Under the pieces are notes generated by a model. That model did no database searches. It was not told where the DNA came from and saw nothing but the letters and a program-made list of their open reading frames with translations. 54,230 nt of DNA from a virus. The stretch is taken from positions 1-54,230 of IMG/VR virus record IMGVR_UViG_3300032223_000334; one strand, 5' to 3'. The translations under genes and the position numbers were made by a program. Shown in pieces: positions 7,336 through 16,515 of the stretch. Each line of letters begins with the position of its first letter. Positions within the stretch are counted from its first letter, which is position 1.

Positions 7336-9987
7336 ATGGCACAGTTAGTTGTTTATACAAATTCTTCCTCTAAGACGGAAGATCAACTGCGTACACAAAA
7401 ATCTCAACTGTCTGGAGCCTATGATGCTGTAGACAAGATGAGGGTATCGCAGCCTCAATCTTTGATCGACACTGACTTTGAATACGGTCAGCAGCCCAGT
7501 AAGTGGGAACAACTTGATCTTGAGAACAATCGTCAGAGCTGCTGGTACAACCAAAATGCTCCTGTTCCTGTAACGTCTATTACAGGTAACGGCACAACAA
7601 CTCTTGTAATTTCCACTACGGCAACAGTTACTGTTGGCACTCCAGTCTTTATTGAAGATGCACTAGACACTAACGCCAATGGTTGGTGGTTAGTCTCTGC
7701 TTCTACTGGCGGTACATCGTTTACTGTTATTACGACGAGTGTTGTAGCTTCTGGTGAGCAATACAACGCTACTGCTACTTATGTTTACTCCGGTTATTTC
7801 TTTACTAACGCTGGTATTGCAGTGGCTGCATCAAGCACCACAGCTATTACGACTAGCGGTACAGCAATCACAGTTAACACTACGTATCCGCATGGATTGA
7901 GTGCTAACTCACAAGTTTTTATTACAACAACTACTGGCGGTACAGGTGTTAACGGTGCTTGGGTAGTTGCTACAGTTCCTACAGCCAATTCGTTCACTAT
8001 TGCAACGACTGGTGCTTCTGGCACAGTCACAACGGTTGGTGCTCGTACTACGGTTTATGCTCGTCCTTCTGGTTACGTAGAGACTCGCGCTTATGATGGT
8101 TCTGTGAACTTCACAGCAGGCGCTGCAGTTCCTAATCAACAGATGGCTCGTCAGACCCGTCGTTACTTCCGTTACCAATCAGGTAAAGGCATTCAGTTTT
8201 CGACTGGTTCGATTTTGAAGCCACGTTTGTTTGTTACTTCGGTAACCAACAATGGTTCTAATACGACTGTTACTGTGACCACTCGTTGGGCGCACAATAT
8301 GACAGTTGGTTCTTACATTCAGATAAGTGGCGCTATTGTTGCTGCCTATAACGGCATCTTTAAGATTGCTTCTGTCCCAACAGCAACCACATTAACTTAT
8401 ACAACAAACAACGTCATTCCTTCATCTAGTCCTGCGTTGACTAACACTGGTTTGCCTGTTGTTGTCAGCCCTTACAGCTGGTATGGCTCAAGCAACAAGA
8501 TTGGTTTCTTTGACTCACAAAATGGTTTGTTCTTCCAATTTGACGGTCAAACTTTGTATGCTGTTTGGCGTAATTCGATTAACCAATTGAGTGGCACAGT
8601 TTCTGTTACTCAGGGTAACGGTACAGTAACTGGTACAGGTACAGTATTTACCAACCAATTAAATCCCGGCGATTACATTGTAATTCGCGGTCAAACTTAT
8701 CGCGTATTGAATATTGCTAGTGACACATCATTAAATATCAGCCCTGAGTATCGTGGTGTGACTATTGCGAATGCGTTGGTATCTAAGACTATTGATACTA
8801 AGATTCCTCAGTCACAATGGTATGACCCATTAGATGGTACTGGCCCAAGTGGTTATACCCTTGATCTGACAAAGAATCAGATGTGGTTCATTGACTACTC
8901 ATGGTACGGCGCTGGTGTGGCTCGTTTTGGTTTACGTACATCAGGCGGTGCTATTGCTTATGTCTATGCTTTCCAAAGCAACAACATCCAATATCAAGCG
9001 TACATGCGTTCTGGTAACTTGCCATCGCGTTATGAGTCTAATGGTCAGGGTGCTATTACTACGTTGTATTCGACGATTACAAGTGGCGTAACAACCATTC
9101 CTATCGTTAATTCGGCTGGCTTTAATCCAAATGGCGGTACAGTAAAAATTACGGCTGCAGCAAGTGGTGGTGCGGTTGAGTATGTGACTTACACAGGCAT
9201 TACAACTGCGGCTGCATCTGGTTTGGCTTACGACCAATTGACAGGTTGCACTCGCGGTGCGACTGGTGGCGGTGCTGCATCTGCATTTACTGCGGCAACT
9301 CCTGCTACCAATGCTATTCCTCCTGTATCTATTGAATATTCCCCGCCTGATTCAGTAGCGGTTATATCGCACTGGGGTTCGTCAGTGGTTATGGACGGTG
9401 GCTACAGCCAAGACGTATCGTTGATTTATAACTACGGTACAACGGCAACTGTCAACGTACCAGCAAGCGGTACTGTCCCCATTATGGCTATTCGTGTAGC
9501 TCCTTCTGTGGATAACGGCCAAGTTGGTACGTTGGGTCAAAAGGAAGTTATTAACCGCCTTCAGTTGCAATTGCGTGAGTTGGGTGTCATTACTTCTGGC
9601 GCGTTTCTAATTCAATTGAACTTAAATGGGTATACAAGTGGTGGCTCTCCATCATGGACTTCATTTGCTTCCCCAACGCAGAACAATACAAATACAAGCT
9701 CTATTGTTCAAGTTGCAACTCAAACATCAACAACAGCGACATTTACTGGTGGTGAGTCGATTGCAGCTGCGTTTACTAACAGTTCTGGTCAGACAACACT
9801 AGATTTGACTTCTGTTGCTGGTATCGGCAATGCAATTCTTGGTGGTGGTTTGAACAATACAGTTCCAACTAGCTATGCTGGTCAGTATCCTGATGGCCCA
9901 GATGTTCTTTATGTTGTAGCTACAAATACTGAAGCTTCCGCAAAAACAATCATCGCCCGTCTAAGCTGGTCAGAAAGTCAGGCTTAA
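7336..9987 (+). CDS. Large Thr/Ser-rich virion protein (883 aa; tail or particle-associated, function unknown)
   Basis: Long ORF with beta-rich composition and repeated TT/GT tracts, in the structural operon. Confidence 0.6.
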   Translation: MAQLVVYTNSSSKTEDQLRTQKSQLSGAYDAVDKMRVSQPQSLIDTDFEYGQQPSKWEQLDLENNRQSCWYNQNAPVPVTSITGNGTTTLVISTTATVTVGTPVFIEDALDTNANGWWLVSASTGGTSFTVITTSVVASGEQYNATATYVYSGYFFTNAGIAVAASSTTAITTSGTAITVNTTYPHGLSANSQVFITTTTGGTGVNGAWVVATVPTANSFTIATTGASGTVTTVGARTTVYARPSGYVETRAYDGSVNFTAGAAVPNQQMARQTRRYFRYQSGKGIQFSTGSILKPRLFVTSVTNNGSNTTVTVTTRWAHNMTVGSYIQISGAIVAAYNGIFKIASVPTATTLTYTTNNVIPSSSPALTNTGLPVVVSPYSWYGSSNKIGFFDSQNGLFFQFDGQTLYAVWRNSINQLSGTVSVTQGNGTVTGTGTVFTNQLNPGDYIVIRGQTYRVLNIASDTSLNISPEYRGVTIANALVSKTIDTKIPQSQWYDPLDGTGPSGYTLDLTKNQMWFIDYSWYGAGVARFGLRTSGGAIAYVYAFQSNNIQYQAYMRSGNLPSRYESNGQGAITTLYSTITSGVTTIPIVNSAGFNPNGGTVKITAAASGGAVEYVTYTGITTAAASGLAYDQLTGCTRGATGGGAASAFTAATPATNAIPPVSIEYSPPDSVAVISHWGSSVVMDGGYSQDVSLIYNYGTTATVNVPASGTVPIMAIRVAPSVDNGQVGTLGQKEVINRLQLQLRELGVITSGAFLIQLNLNGYTSGGSPSWTSFASPTQNNTNTSSIVQVATQTSTTATFTGGESIAAAFTNSSGQTTLDLTSVAGIGNAILGGGLNNTVPTSYAGQYPDGPDVLYVVATNTEASAKTIIARLSWSESQA

Positions 9988-9988
9988 T

Positions 9989-10507
9989 ATGCCATTAACT
10001 AAGAGCAAATCAGCGGCTGCATTCCAAAAGAACGTATCTACTGAGGTAAAGGCTGGTCGCCCTGTCAAACAGGCAGTAGCGATTGCCTACTCCGTTAAAC
10101 GTGCTGCGAAGAAAAAGGATGGTGGTCTCTATGAAAACATCCACGCCAAGCAGGAGCGGATAGCTCACGGTTCTGGTGAGCACATGAGAAAGCCCGGCAG
10201 CAAGGGTGCTCCTACTGCTGATGCTTTCAAACAAGCGGCTAAGACAGTTAAGAAGAAAGACGGTGGTGTTTCTTTGGCTGTAGGGCGCGGTGAGAAGCTC
10301 TCAGTTGAACGCGGAGCTGGTCTGACTGCCAAGGGTAGGGCTAAGTACAACAAAGAGACTGGAAGCCATTTAAAGGCTCCTCAACCACAGGGTGGATCAC
10401 GTAAAGATTCATTTTGTGCTCGGATGAGTGGTGTAGTAGAACATGCGAAGGGTGATGCTCCTAGAGCTAAAGCCTCATTGAAACGCTGGAAATGCCCTAA
10501 TTGGTAA
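9989..10507 (+). CDS. Basic protein with two KKKDGG motifs
   Basis: 172 aa. Motifs AAKKKDGGLYE and VKKKDGGVSL. The C-terminus is KRWKCPNW. Confidence 0.6.
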   Translation: MPLTKSKSAAAFQKNVSTEVKAGRPVKQAVAIAYSVKRAAKKKDGGLYENIHAKQERIAHGSGEHMRKPGSKGAPTADAFKQAAKTVKKKDGGVSLAVGRGEKLSVERGAGLTAKGRAKYNKETGSHLKAPQPQGGSRKDSFCARMSGVVEHAKGDAPRAKASLKRWKCPNW

Positions 10508-10516
10508 GGAATAATC

Positions 10517-10789
10517 ATGGCAGAAAACAACTACCTAAAGAACGCTCGTCAGGATGCCCTTTTAAAGAAGGAAAATGAAGAGTACAAAAAGTCTTTAGAG
10601 CAAGAAAGAATAGAGAACGAAGCTCCTCGTAAGGCGTTATCTGATGCTTACGATTATGTTAAGAACAAGTTTTCTGGCATGGGCGAAAGCGCAACTAAGT
10701 TTGCTAAAGAAAGTTTAGGTTTTAAACATGGTGGTGCGACAACGTGCAAGATGTCTACCCATGTCCCTAAAAAGAACGCTAATTGGTAA
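10517..10789 (+). CDS. Small charged protein with FKHGG motif
   Basis: 90 aa. The C-terminus KKNANW resembles the end of the preceding ORF. Confidence 0.55.
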   Translation: MAENNYLKNARQDALLKKENEEYKKSLEQERIENEAPRKALSDAYDYVKNKFSGMGESATKFAKESLGFKHGGATTCKMSTHVPKKNANW

Positions 10790-10792
10790 GCC

Positions 10793-11851
10793 ATGAGCAC
10801 AAGCGGAACAGTCAGCACTACCGTTATTACTGTCCAAAACTTGATAGACAGTGGGGCTAGACGCGCAGGTAAGCTTGCAGAAGACCTAAGTGTTGAGCAA
10901 GTGCAGGCTGCTAAGCAAAGCCTGTACTACATTCTGTCTAATTTAGTTAACTATGGCATTCAATACTGGTGTATTGAAAAGTATGTCTATGGTCTGACCC
11001 CAGATCATTACATTAACTACTTGCCAACTAAGTATAATGACGTATTAAACGTCAATTTTAGGACAACGACGAACAATACTATGGGCGGTTATAGCTCATC
11101 TGGTAATTCTTCGTATGCTTTTGACGGTCAATACACTAATATTTGTCAATTATCAAACAATACTGGGTACATTGGCATCAATAATGGCTCAGGAAACCCT
11201 GTTTACATTGCTACTGTAGGTATTTTGCCTGCAGTTTCCGGCTCTGTTGACATTGCGATTCAGTATTCTCAAGACAATACGAACTGGACGACCATTTATG
11301 ACCCCGGTTCAACTACTTGGACTGCTGGAACGTGGATATATTACGACCTAGACCCCTCTGCATCTGCTCCTTATTGGAGAATTCTGCAGACATCTGGCAT
11401 TAATATGGGTGTATATCAGGTAACTTTTGGTTCTTCCCCTATTGAAATACCAATGGCACGGATGAATCGTGATGATTACACCAATTTGCCTAATAAAAAC
11501 TTTACAAGTTACCGTCCATTGCAGTTTTGGTTTGATAGGAATATCCCACAGCCAGCAATGTATCTATGGCCTACGCCAAGCAGTTATCAGCCGCAGGTAG
11601 TTGTATGGGCGCAGCGTTATATTCAAGACGTTGGAGCGCTTTCTGGCTCGTTAGAGATACCTCAGCGGTGGTATTTGGCTATCCAGAACATGTTAGCGCA
11701 CCAAATGGCTATGGAATTGCCTCATGTTGACCCTAGCCGTATAGTTTATTGTGAGCAGCAGGCTGAAAAGTCCTTCTTACTTGCTGAGCAAGAAGAAAGA
11801 GACAAGTCGCCTATATATTACGCACCTAACATTAGCCCATATACAAGATGA
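10793..11851 (+). CDS. Virion structural protein (possible adaptor or tail component)
   Basis: 352 aa, in the structural operon. Assignment is by position only. Confidence 0.5.
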   Translation: MSTSGTVSTTVITVQNLIDSGARRAGKLAEDLSVEQVQAAKQSLYYILSNLVNYGIQYWCIEKYVYGLTPDHYINYLPTKYNDVLNVNFRTTTNNTMGGYSSSGNSSYAFDGQYTNICQLSNNTGYIGINNGSGNPVYIATVGILPAVSGSVDIAIQYSQDNTNWTTIYDPGSTTWTAGTWIYYDLDPSASAPYWRILQTSGINMGVYQVTFGSSPIEIPMARMNRDDYTNLPNKNFTSYRPLQFWFDRNIPQPAMYLWPTPSSYQPQVVVWAQRYIQDVGALSGSLEIPQRWYLAIQNMLAHQMAMELPHVDPSRIVYCEQQAEKSFLLAEQEERDKSPIYYAPNISPYTR

Positions 11852-12204
11852 GCCTTTGGTTAGATACTCATGGTAATTCTGTCTTATCGATTGCAATTTG
11901 TGATCGATGCAAGATGAAACGTGCGTACTCAGACATATCGGAAGACAGAAATATCCCCGGTCTTCGCGTCTGTAATGAAGGTTGTAACGACGAGCGTGAT
12001 CCTTATAGGTTGCCAGCAAGACAGCCTGAGAAGATAGCAATACGATTTCCACGGCCTGATGCTGATGTTGCAGAGTACCAAGACGCGATTACTACTGATC
12101 CTAACGTAGTAAATGACGGTCTATCATCAGCTGGTGAATGGGGTATTGCTCCTGAGACATCACAGAACCCATTAGATGGCAATTTGGATAATTTGAGTCC
12201 TTAA
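11848..12204 (+). CDS. Hypothetical virion-module protein (Cys-containing)
   Basis: 118 aa, ATGA-coupled to the upstream gene. Contains C..C...C....C (CDRCKMK...VCNEGC). Confidence 0.5.
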   Translation: MSLWLDTHGNSVLSIAICDRCKMKRAYSDISEDRNIPGLRVCNEGCNDERDPYRLPARQPEKIAIRFPRPDADVAEYQDAITTDPNVVNDGLSSAGEWGIAPETSQNPLDGNLDNLSP

Positions 12205-12206
12205 TC

Positions 12207-13877
12207 ATGGCTAACGTAAGAATATCTCAGTTACCAACTCCACAAACTGGCTTGACTGGCTCAGAGTTAGTCCCTGTTGTGCAGAATGGTCAGACAGTAC
12301 AGACGACTGTAGCTGCTATTGCTGCTACTTCTGGCGCGGTTGTTTTTCAAGGTACATGGGACGCTAGTACAAACTCACCTACATTAACTTCGTCTGTAGG
12401 CACTAAAGGCTATTACTACATTGTCTCTGTAGCTGGTACAACCAATCTTGATGGTATTTCTTTGTGGTCGGTTGGTGATTGGGCAGTATTTAATGGATAC
12501 ACTTGGCAGAAGATTGATGGTTCTAGTTCAGAGGCATTTACTAGCATTACAGTAACTAGTCTCAATGGTTACATGTATGCCAATGGTAATAACCCAGTTA
12601 CTTCATCGTCAAGTATCCCAACGTCAGCTCTTTCTGGGACTATTACTAACGCTCAGCTTGCTAACAGTGCAATTACGATTAATGGTAATTCCGTTAGTTT
12701 GGGTGGCTCAACCACAGTTACGGCAACGACTACTAGTACGTTAACGATTGGTACTGGCTTATCTGGTGGTACTTTTAACGGTTCAACCCCAGTAACTATT
12801 GCTTTAGCCAATACAGCGGTAACAGCTGGTTCTTACGGTTCTGCTACTCAGGTAGGCACGTTTACTGTCAACGCTCAGGGTCAGTTAACTTTAGCTGGCA
12901 ACACAACAGTGACTCCAGCGGTTGGATCAATTACTGGCTTAGGTACTGGCGTAGCAACGGCTTTAGCGGTCAATACAGGCTCAGCAGGGGCGTTTGTAGT
13001 TAACGGTGGTGCTTTAGGTACTCCTAGTTCTGGAACGCTTACAAACGCTACAGGATTGCCTTTAACTACTGGTGTTACAGGAACTTTACCTGTTGGAAAT
13101 GGCGGTACAGGAATTACTAGTTTGACTGCTGGCTATGTTCCTTACGGTAATGGCACAAGTGCTTTTGCGTCAAACTCAGGATTTTATTACACAGGTACTA
13201 CGCTTTATTCCCCTACTTTATCTGTAACATCAACAATTAGCACAACGCCAAATTTAACATTTAATGCAAGCAATTCAGGCATTACTTCAGGCGCAGCGGT
13301 ATCCGGCAATTATTTGCAAACTGTTATTCAAAACAGCAGTAGTACAGCAGGAGCTTCTACTAATTATGTATTAAGCAATGATTTAGGAACAGACTCTACC
13401 TATTATGGTGAGTTTGGTATGAATTCATCTTTATATTCAGGTGCTGGTGTTCCTTCTGATTTTTTTAGCCTTAATAATGGAATTTATTTTTCTGGCCATG
13501 ATGGAGATATTTCTTTTGGCTCAGGAAACGGTAAGAAAACTTACTTTGCGTGGGGTTCGTCAGGACAATCAGCGCACGTAATTAATTCGTCAGGTGCTAT
13601 AGGTTTAAATACAAACTTAGCTGCCGGAACTGGTTCAGGAACGACAAATTTTGGAACAAGTGGTCAAGTATTAACTTCAGCAGGTAGTGCGGCAACACCG
13701 ACTTGGACAACGCCAAATGCTGCGACTGTTACTTTGGCAGCTGGTGCTGGAGCAACCAATTACCTAACATTTTCTGCCACAGCTACAGGCAATCAACCAC
13801 TTACTACAAATACTTTATTGACTTACAATTACACTAATAATGCCCTAACGGCTGGTATTAATGGTGGGACTTTCTAA
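12207..13877 (+). CDS. Tail fibre protein
   Basis: 556 aa. The N-terminus MANVRISQLPTPQTGLTGSELVPVVQNGQTVQT is the classic fibre/spike anchor motif. Later fibre repeats include GNGGTGITSLTAGYVPYGNGT and GTSGQVLTSAGSAATPTW. Confidence 0.8.
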   Translation: MANVRISQLPTPQTGLTGSELVPVVQNGQTVQTTVAAIAATSGAVVFQGTWDASTNSPTLTSSVGTKGYYYIVSVAGTTNLDGISLWSVGDWAVFNGYTWQKIDGSSSEAFTSITVTSLNGYMYANGNNPVTSSSSIPTSALSGTITNAQLANSAITINGNSVSLGGSTTVTATTTSTLTIGTGLSGGTFNGSTPVTIALANTAVTAGSYGSATQVGTFTVNAQGQLTLAGNTTVTPAVGSITGLGTGVATALAVNTGSAGAFVVNGGALGTPSSGTLTNATGLPLTTGVTGTLPVGNGGTGITSLTAGYVPYGNGTSAFASNSGFYYTGTTLYSPTLSVTSTISTTPNLTFNASNSGITSGAAVSGNYLQTVIQNSSSTAGASTNYVLSNDLGTDSTYYGEFGMNSSLYSGAGVPSDFFSLNNGIYFSGHDGDISFGSGNGKKTYFAWGSSGQSAHVINSSGAIGLNTNLAAGTGSGTTNFGTSGQVLTSAGSAATPTWTTPNAATVTLAAGAGATNYLTFSATATGNQPLTTNTLLTYNYTNNALTAGINGGTF

Positions 13878-13887
13878 GGAATAGGCC

Positions 13888-14286
13888 ATGGCAGCTACTG
13901 GTTACACCCCAATTATCTTATTTAACAGCACCTCTGCTGGTAATCAGCCGACAACAAGTAACCTTGCTGTGGGTGAATTGGCGCTGAATGTTCCTGATGG
14001 AAAGTTGTACTACAACAAGTCTGGAACCATTACTGTATTGGCAACGGCTGCAACTGCATCTATAACCTTGCCATTATCGATTGCCAACGGTGGTACTAAT
14101 GGATCAGCGACACCAACTGCAGGTGCGGTTCCATACGGTACAGGTACTGCGTATGCGTTTACTTCGGCTGGTACTAGTGGCTACGTACTGACATCTCAAG
14201 GTTCTAGTCCACCTATTTGGTCAGCAGCTAGTGGCGGTGTTTCTATAGGTAAAGTAGTGGCTATTTCAATGATTTTTGGTTTCTAA
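13888..14286 (+). CDS. Short tail-fibre-like protein
   Basis: 132 aa. Contains LAVGELALNVPDGKLYYNKSGT, and shares ANGGTNGSATPTAGAVPYGTGT and GTSGYVLTSQGSSPPIW with the 556-aa fibre. Confidence 0.7.
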   Translation: MAATGYTPIILFNSTSAGNQPTTSNLAVGELALNVPDGKLYYNKSGTITVLATAATASITLPLSIANGGTNGSATPTAGAVPYGTGTAYAFTSAGTSGYVLTSQGSSPPIWSAASGGVSIGKVVAISMIFGF

Positions 14287-14287
14287 A

Positions 14288-14803
14288 ATGACAACATTTA
14301 CTCAGGATAAAGCCAGAGAACTTTTTGAGTATCACAAAGATGGGTACTTAATAAGAAAGATTTCTGGAATGGGCAGAGCAAACCAAGCTGGTAGCAAAGT
14401 TGGTAATTACTCTGCTAAAAACTTGGGTGAAAGAAATGCTCGGTACATAACTACAAAGATAAATGGACAACACTGGTGCGTTCATAAGTTGATATATTTA
14501 TGGCATCACGGTTATGTACCTAGTCAACTTGATCATATAAATAGAGACACGTTGGATAATAGGATTGAAAATTTACGACCAGCAACGTCTTCTCAAAACG
14601 CAAGCAATAGAAAATTATTTTCTAATAGCACTTCTAAAGTAAAAGGAGTGTCTTGGAACAAAATAAGAAATCAATGGTTTGTGTATGTTGATGCAAATAA
14701 AAAGCGTAAGAATATTGGATACTTTGAAGATTTAGAATTTGCTGAACTTGTCGCAACTGAAGCTCGTGAAAAGTATCACGGCTCTTACGCTAATCACGTT
14801 TAA
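14288..14803 (+). CDS. HNH homing endonuclease with AP2-type DNA-binding domain
   Basis: Contains DHINRDTLDNRIENLRPATSSQNASNR (HNH_3-like) followed by VKGVSWNKIRNQWFVYV...GYFEDLEFAE (AP2-like). ATG 14288 is preferred over TTG 14276. Confidence 0.8.
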   Translation: MTTFTQDKARELFEYHKDGYLIRKISGMGRANQAGSKVGNYSAKNLGERNARYITTKINGQHWCVHKLIYLWHHGYVPSQLDHINRDTLDNRIENLRPATSSQNASNRKLFSNSTSKVKGVSWNKIRNQWFVYVDANKKRKNIGYFEDLEFAELVATEAREKYHGSYANHV

Positions 14804-14815
14804 AGGAGAAAATCT

Positions 14816-15223
14816 GTGCCAAACCCGAACATTATCAACGTAACAAGTATTTACGGAAACGTCGGTTACGTTATTCCTTCGTCGGCGGCTACTGCCACGA
14901 CTTCATGGACGTACAACGGTACGACTTCGCTAACGGGCTTAACCCCAGCGGCAAGCACTGTGAACCGTATTACGTCGATCACCGCATCAAATACGACTTC
15001 TAGTGCTGTGACTGCAACGATTGCGATTGGTAACAACGCGACGTTCGGTTCAGCTACTGTGGTTACGTATCCTGCGTATCAGATTTCAGTGCCGCCAAAT
15101 GCGACGTTGATTATCATCGACAAGACCAACTCTGTGTACATCACTGAGAATCAGTCTGTTGCTGCTTATTCTGGTACGGCTAGTGCGCTGACATTTACAG
15201 CGACGTTTGAGCAAATCACCTAA
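14816..15223 (+). CDS. Thr/Ser-rich tail-cluster protein
   Basis: 135 aa, GTG start 7 nt after AAGGAG. Confidence 0.55.
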   Translation: MPNPNIINVTSIYGNVGYVIPSSAATATTSWTYNGTTSLTGLTPAASTVNRITSITASNTTSSAVTATIAIGNNATFGSATVVTYPAYQISVPPNATLIIIDKTNSVYITENQSVAAYSGTASALTFTATFEQIT

Positions 15224-15234
15224 TCGGGGCTGAC

Positions 15235-16083
15235 ATGGGACTTCGTTATCCCGGTGGTTATGTCACGGCAACGTACAACCCGTTAGCCTTAACTGCACTT
15301 GCGTATAACCTTTTGGTTGTGGCTGGAGGGGGTTCTGGTGGTGATACTGATGCCGCTGGCGGTGGTGCTGGTGGAGTTATTCTTACTTCATTTGGTTTGA
15401 TAACTGGCACTACGTATAGCATTACTGTTGGCGCTGGTGGGGCAACGCAAAGCACTAACTGGACTAGAGGCAACAACGGTTCCAATTCTGTATTTACTGG
15501 CGTTACTGCTACGGGTGGCGGTGGTGGTGGCTCTGGCTCTTTGGCGGCTGGGGTAAATCAACTCGGTGCTGATGGCGGTTCTGGAGGCGGCGCAGGTTCA
15601 TCTTGGACTAGCGCAAATATTGGAAAAGGAACGGCTGGGCAAGGTACAAACGGCGCGGTTGGAGTAGTTTCTGGAAATGGTGGCGGCGGTGGCGGCGGTG
15701 CTGGGACAACGGGAAGCCCCGGTGGTACGGTATCTCCAGCTGGAAATGGTGGATTTGGCATAACTTCCACAATAACAGGCACTCAAATTTTTTACGGTGA
15801 CGGTGGCGGTGCAGGTCACAACGTAGGAATTACAACTGTTGGCGGGTCTGGTAGGGGTGGATATGGTGTTCAAAACGGCAACGGAACTAATGCACAAGCA
15901 AATAGCGGCTCAGGTGGTGGCGGTGGCGGCGGGGGTAATGGAACCGGCGGCGCGGGGGGCAGTGGCATAGTCATCGTTCGTAGTCCAAGAGCAGCAGCTT
16001 CTTACACAGGTTCTCCTACAATTACTAACGTCGGTAGTGACTACGTATATACATTCACTGGCAACGGATCAATAACATTCTGA
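15235..16083 (+). CDS. Glycine-rich tail-cluster protein
   Basis: 282 aa. Contains LLVVAGGGSGGDTDAAGGGAGGV plus several poly-Gly runs (GGGGGGSGS, GGGGGGGAG, GGGGGGGGNGTGGAGGSG). The C-terminus IVIVRSP...YTFTGNGSITF is beta-like. Confidence 0.65.
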   Translation: MGLRYPGGYVTATYNPLALTALAYNLLVVAGGGSGGDTDAAGGGAGGVILTSFGLITGTTYSITVGAGGATQSTNWTRGNNGSNSVFTGVTATGGGGGGSGSLAAGVNQLGADGGSGGGAGSSWTSANIGKGTAGQGTNGAVGVVSGNGGGGGGGAGTTGSPGGTVSPAGNGGFGITSTITGTQIFYGDGGGAGHNVGITTVGGSGRGGYGVQNGNGTNAQANSGSGGGGGGGGNGTGGAGGSGIVIVRSPRAAASYTGSPTITNVGSDYVYTFTGNGSITF

Positions 16084-16091
16084 GGTAGCAC

Positions 16092-16514
16092 ATGGCGCAT
16101 TTCGCAAAGATGGATGACAACAACGTGGTGCTAGAAGTTAACGCACTCAGCAACCATGAGCTAGAGATTAGCAAGACTACGACAGACGAGAACGGTAATG
16201 TACTTGTGTCTCTTGTTGAGTCTGAAGAGAAGGGTATTGCTTTCCTAACTTCTTGGTCGGGCGGTCATACTAATTGGAAGCAGACAAGCTACAACGCTAC
16301 CTTCCGTGGCAAATTTGCAGCTATTGGCGATACGTTTGATGCAGAAAATAATGTATTCGTGGCTCCTGCGTATGAAGTACCGGCTGGTTTGCCTACGATG
16401 GATTTAACTGCGCTAGAGACTCAGCCAGAACCAGCGATCACTACACAGGCTACTGTTGACTTAACCTCAACTGACATTCCTGCATTAACTTCAGACCAAA
16501 TATCGGGGCTATAA
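16092..16514 (+). CDS. Hypothetical tail-cluster protein
   Basis: 140 aa, tightly packed. Confidence 0.5.
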   Translation: MAHFAKMDDNNVVLEVNALSNHELEISKTTTDENGNVLVSLVESEEKGIAFLTSWSGGHTNWKQTSYNATFRGKFAAIGDTFDAENNVFVAPAYEVPAGLPTMDLTALETQPEPAITTQATVDLTSTDIPALTSDQISGL

Positions 16515-16515
16515 A

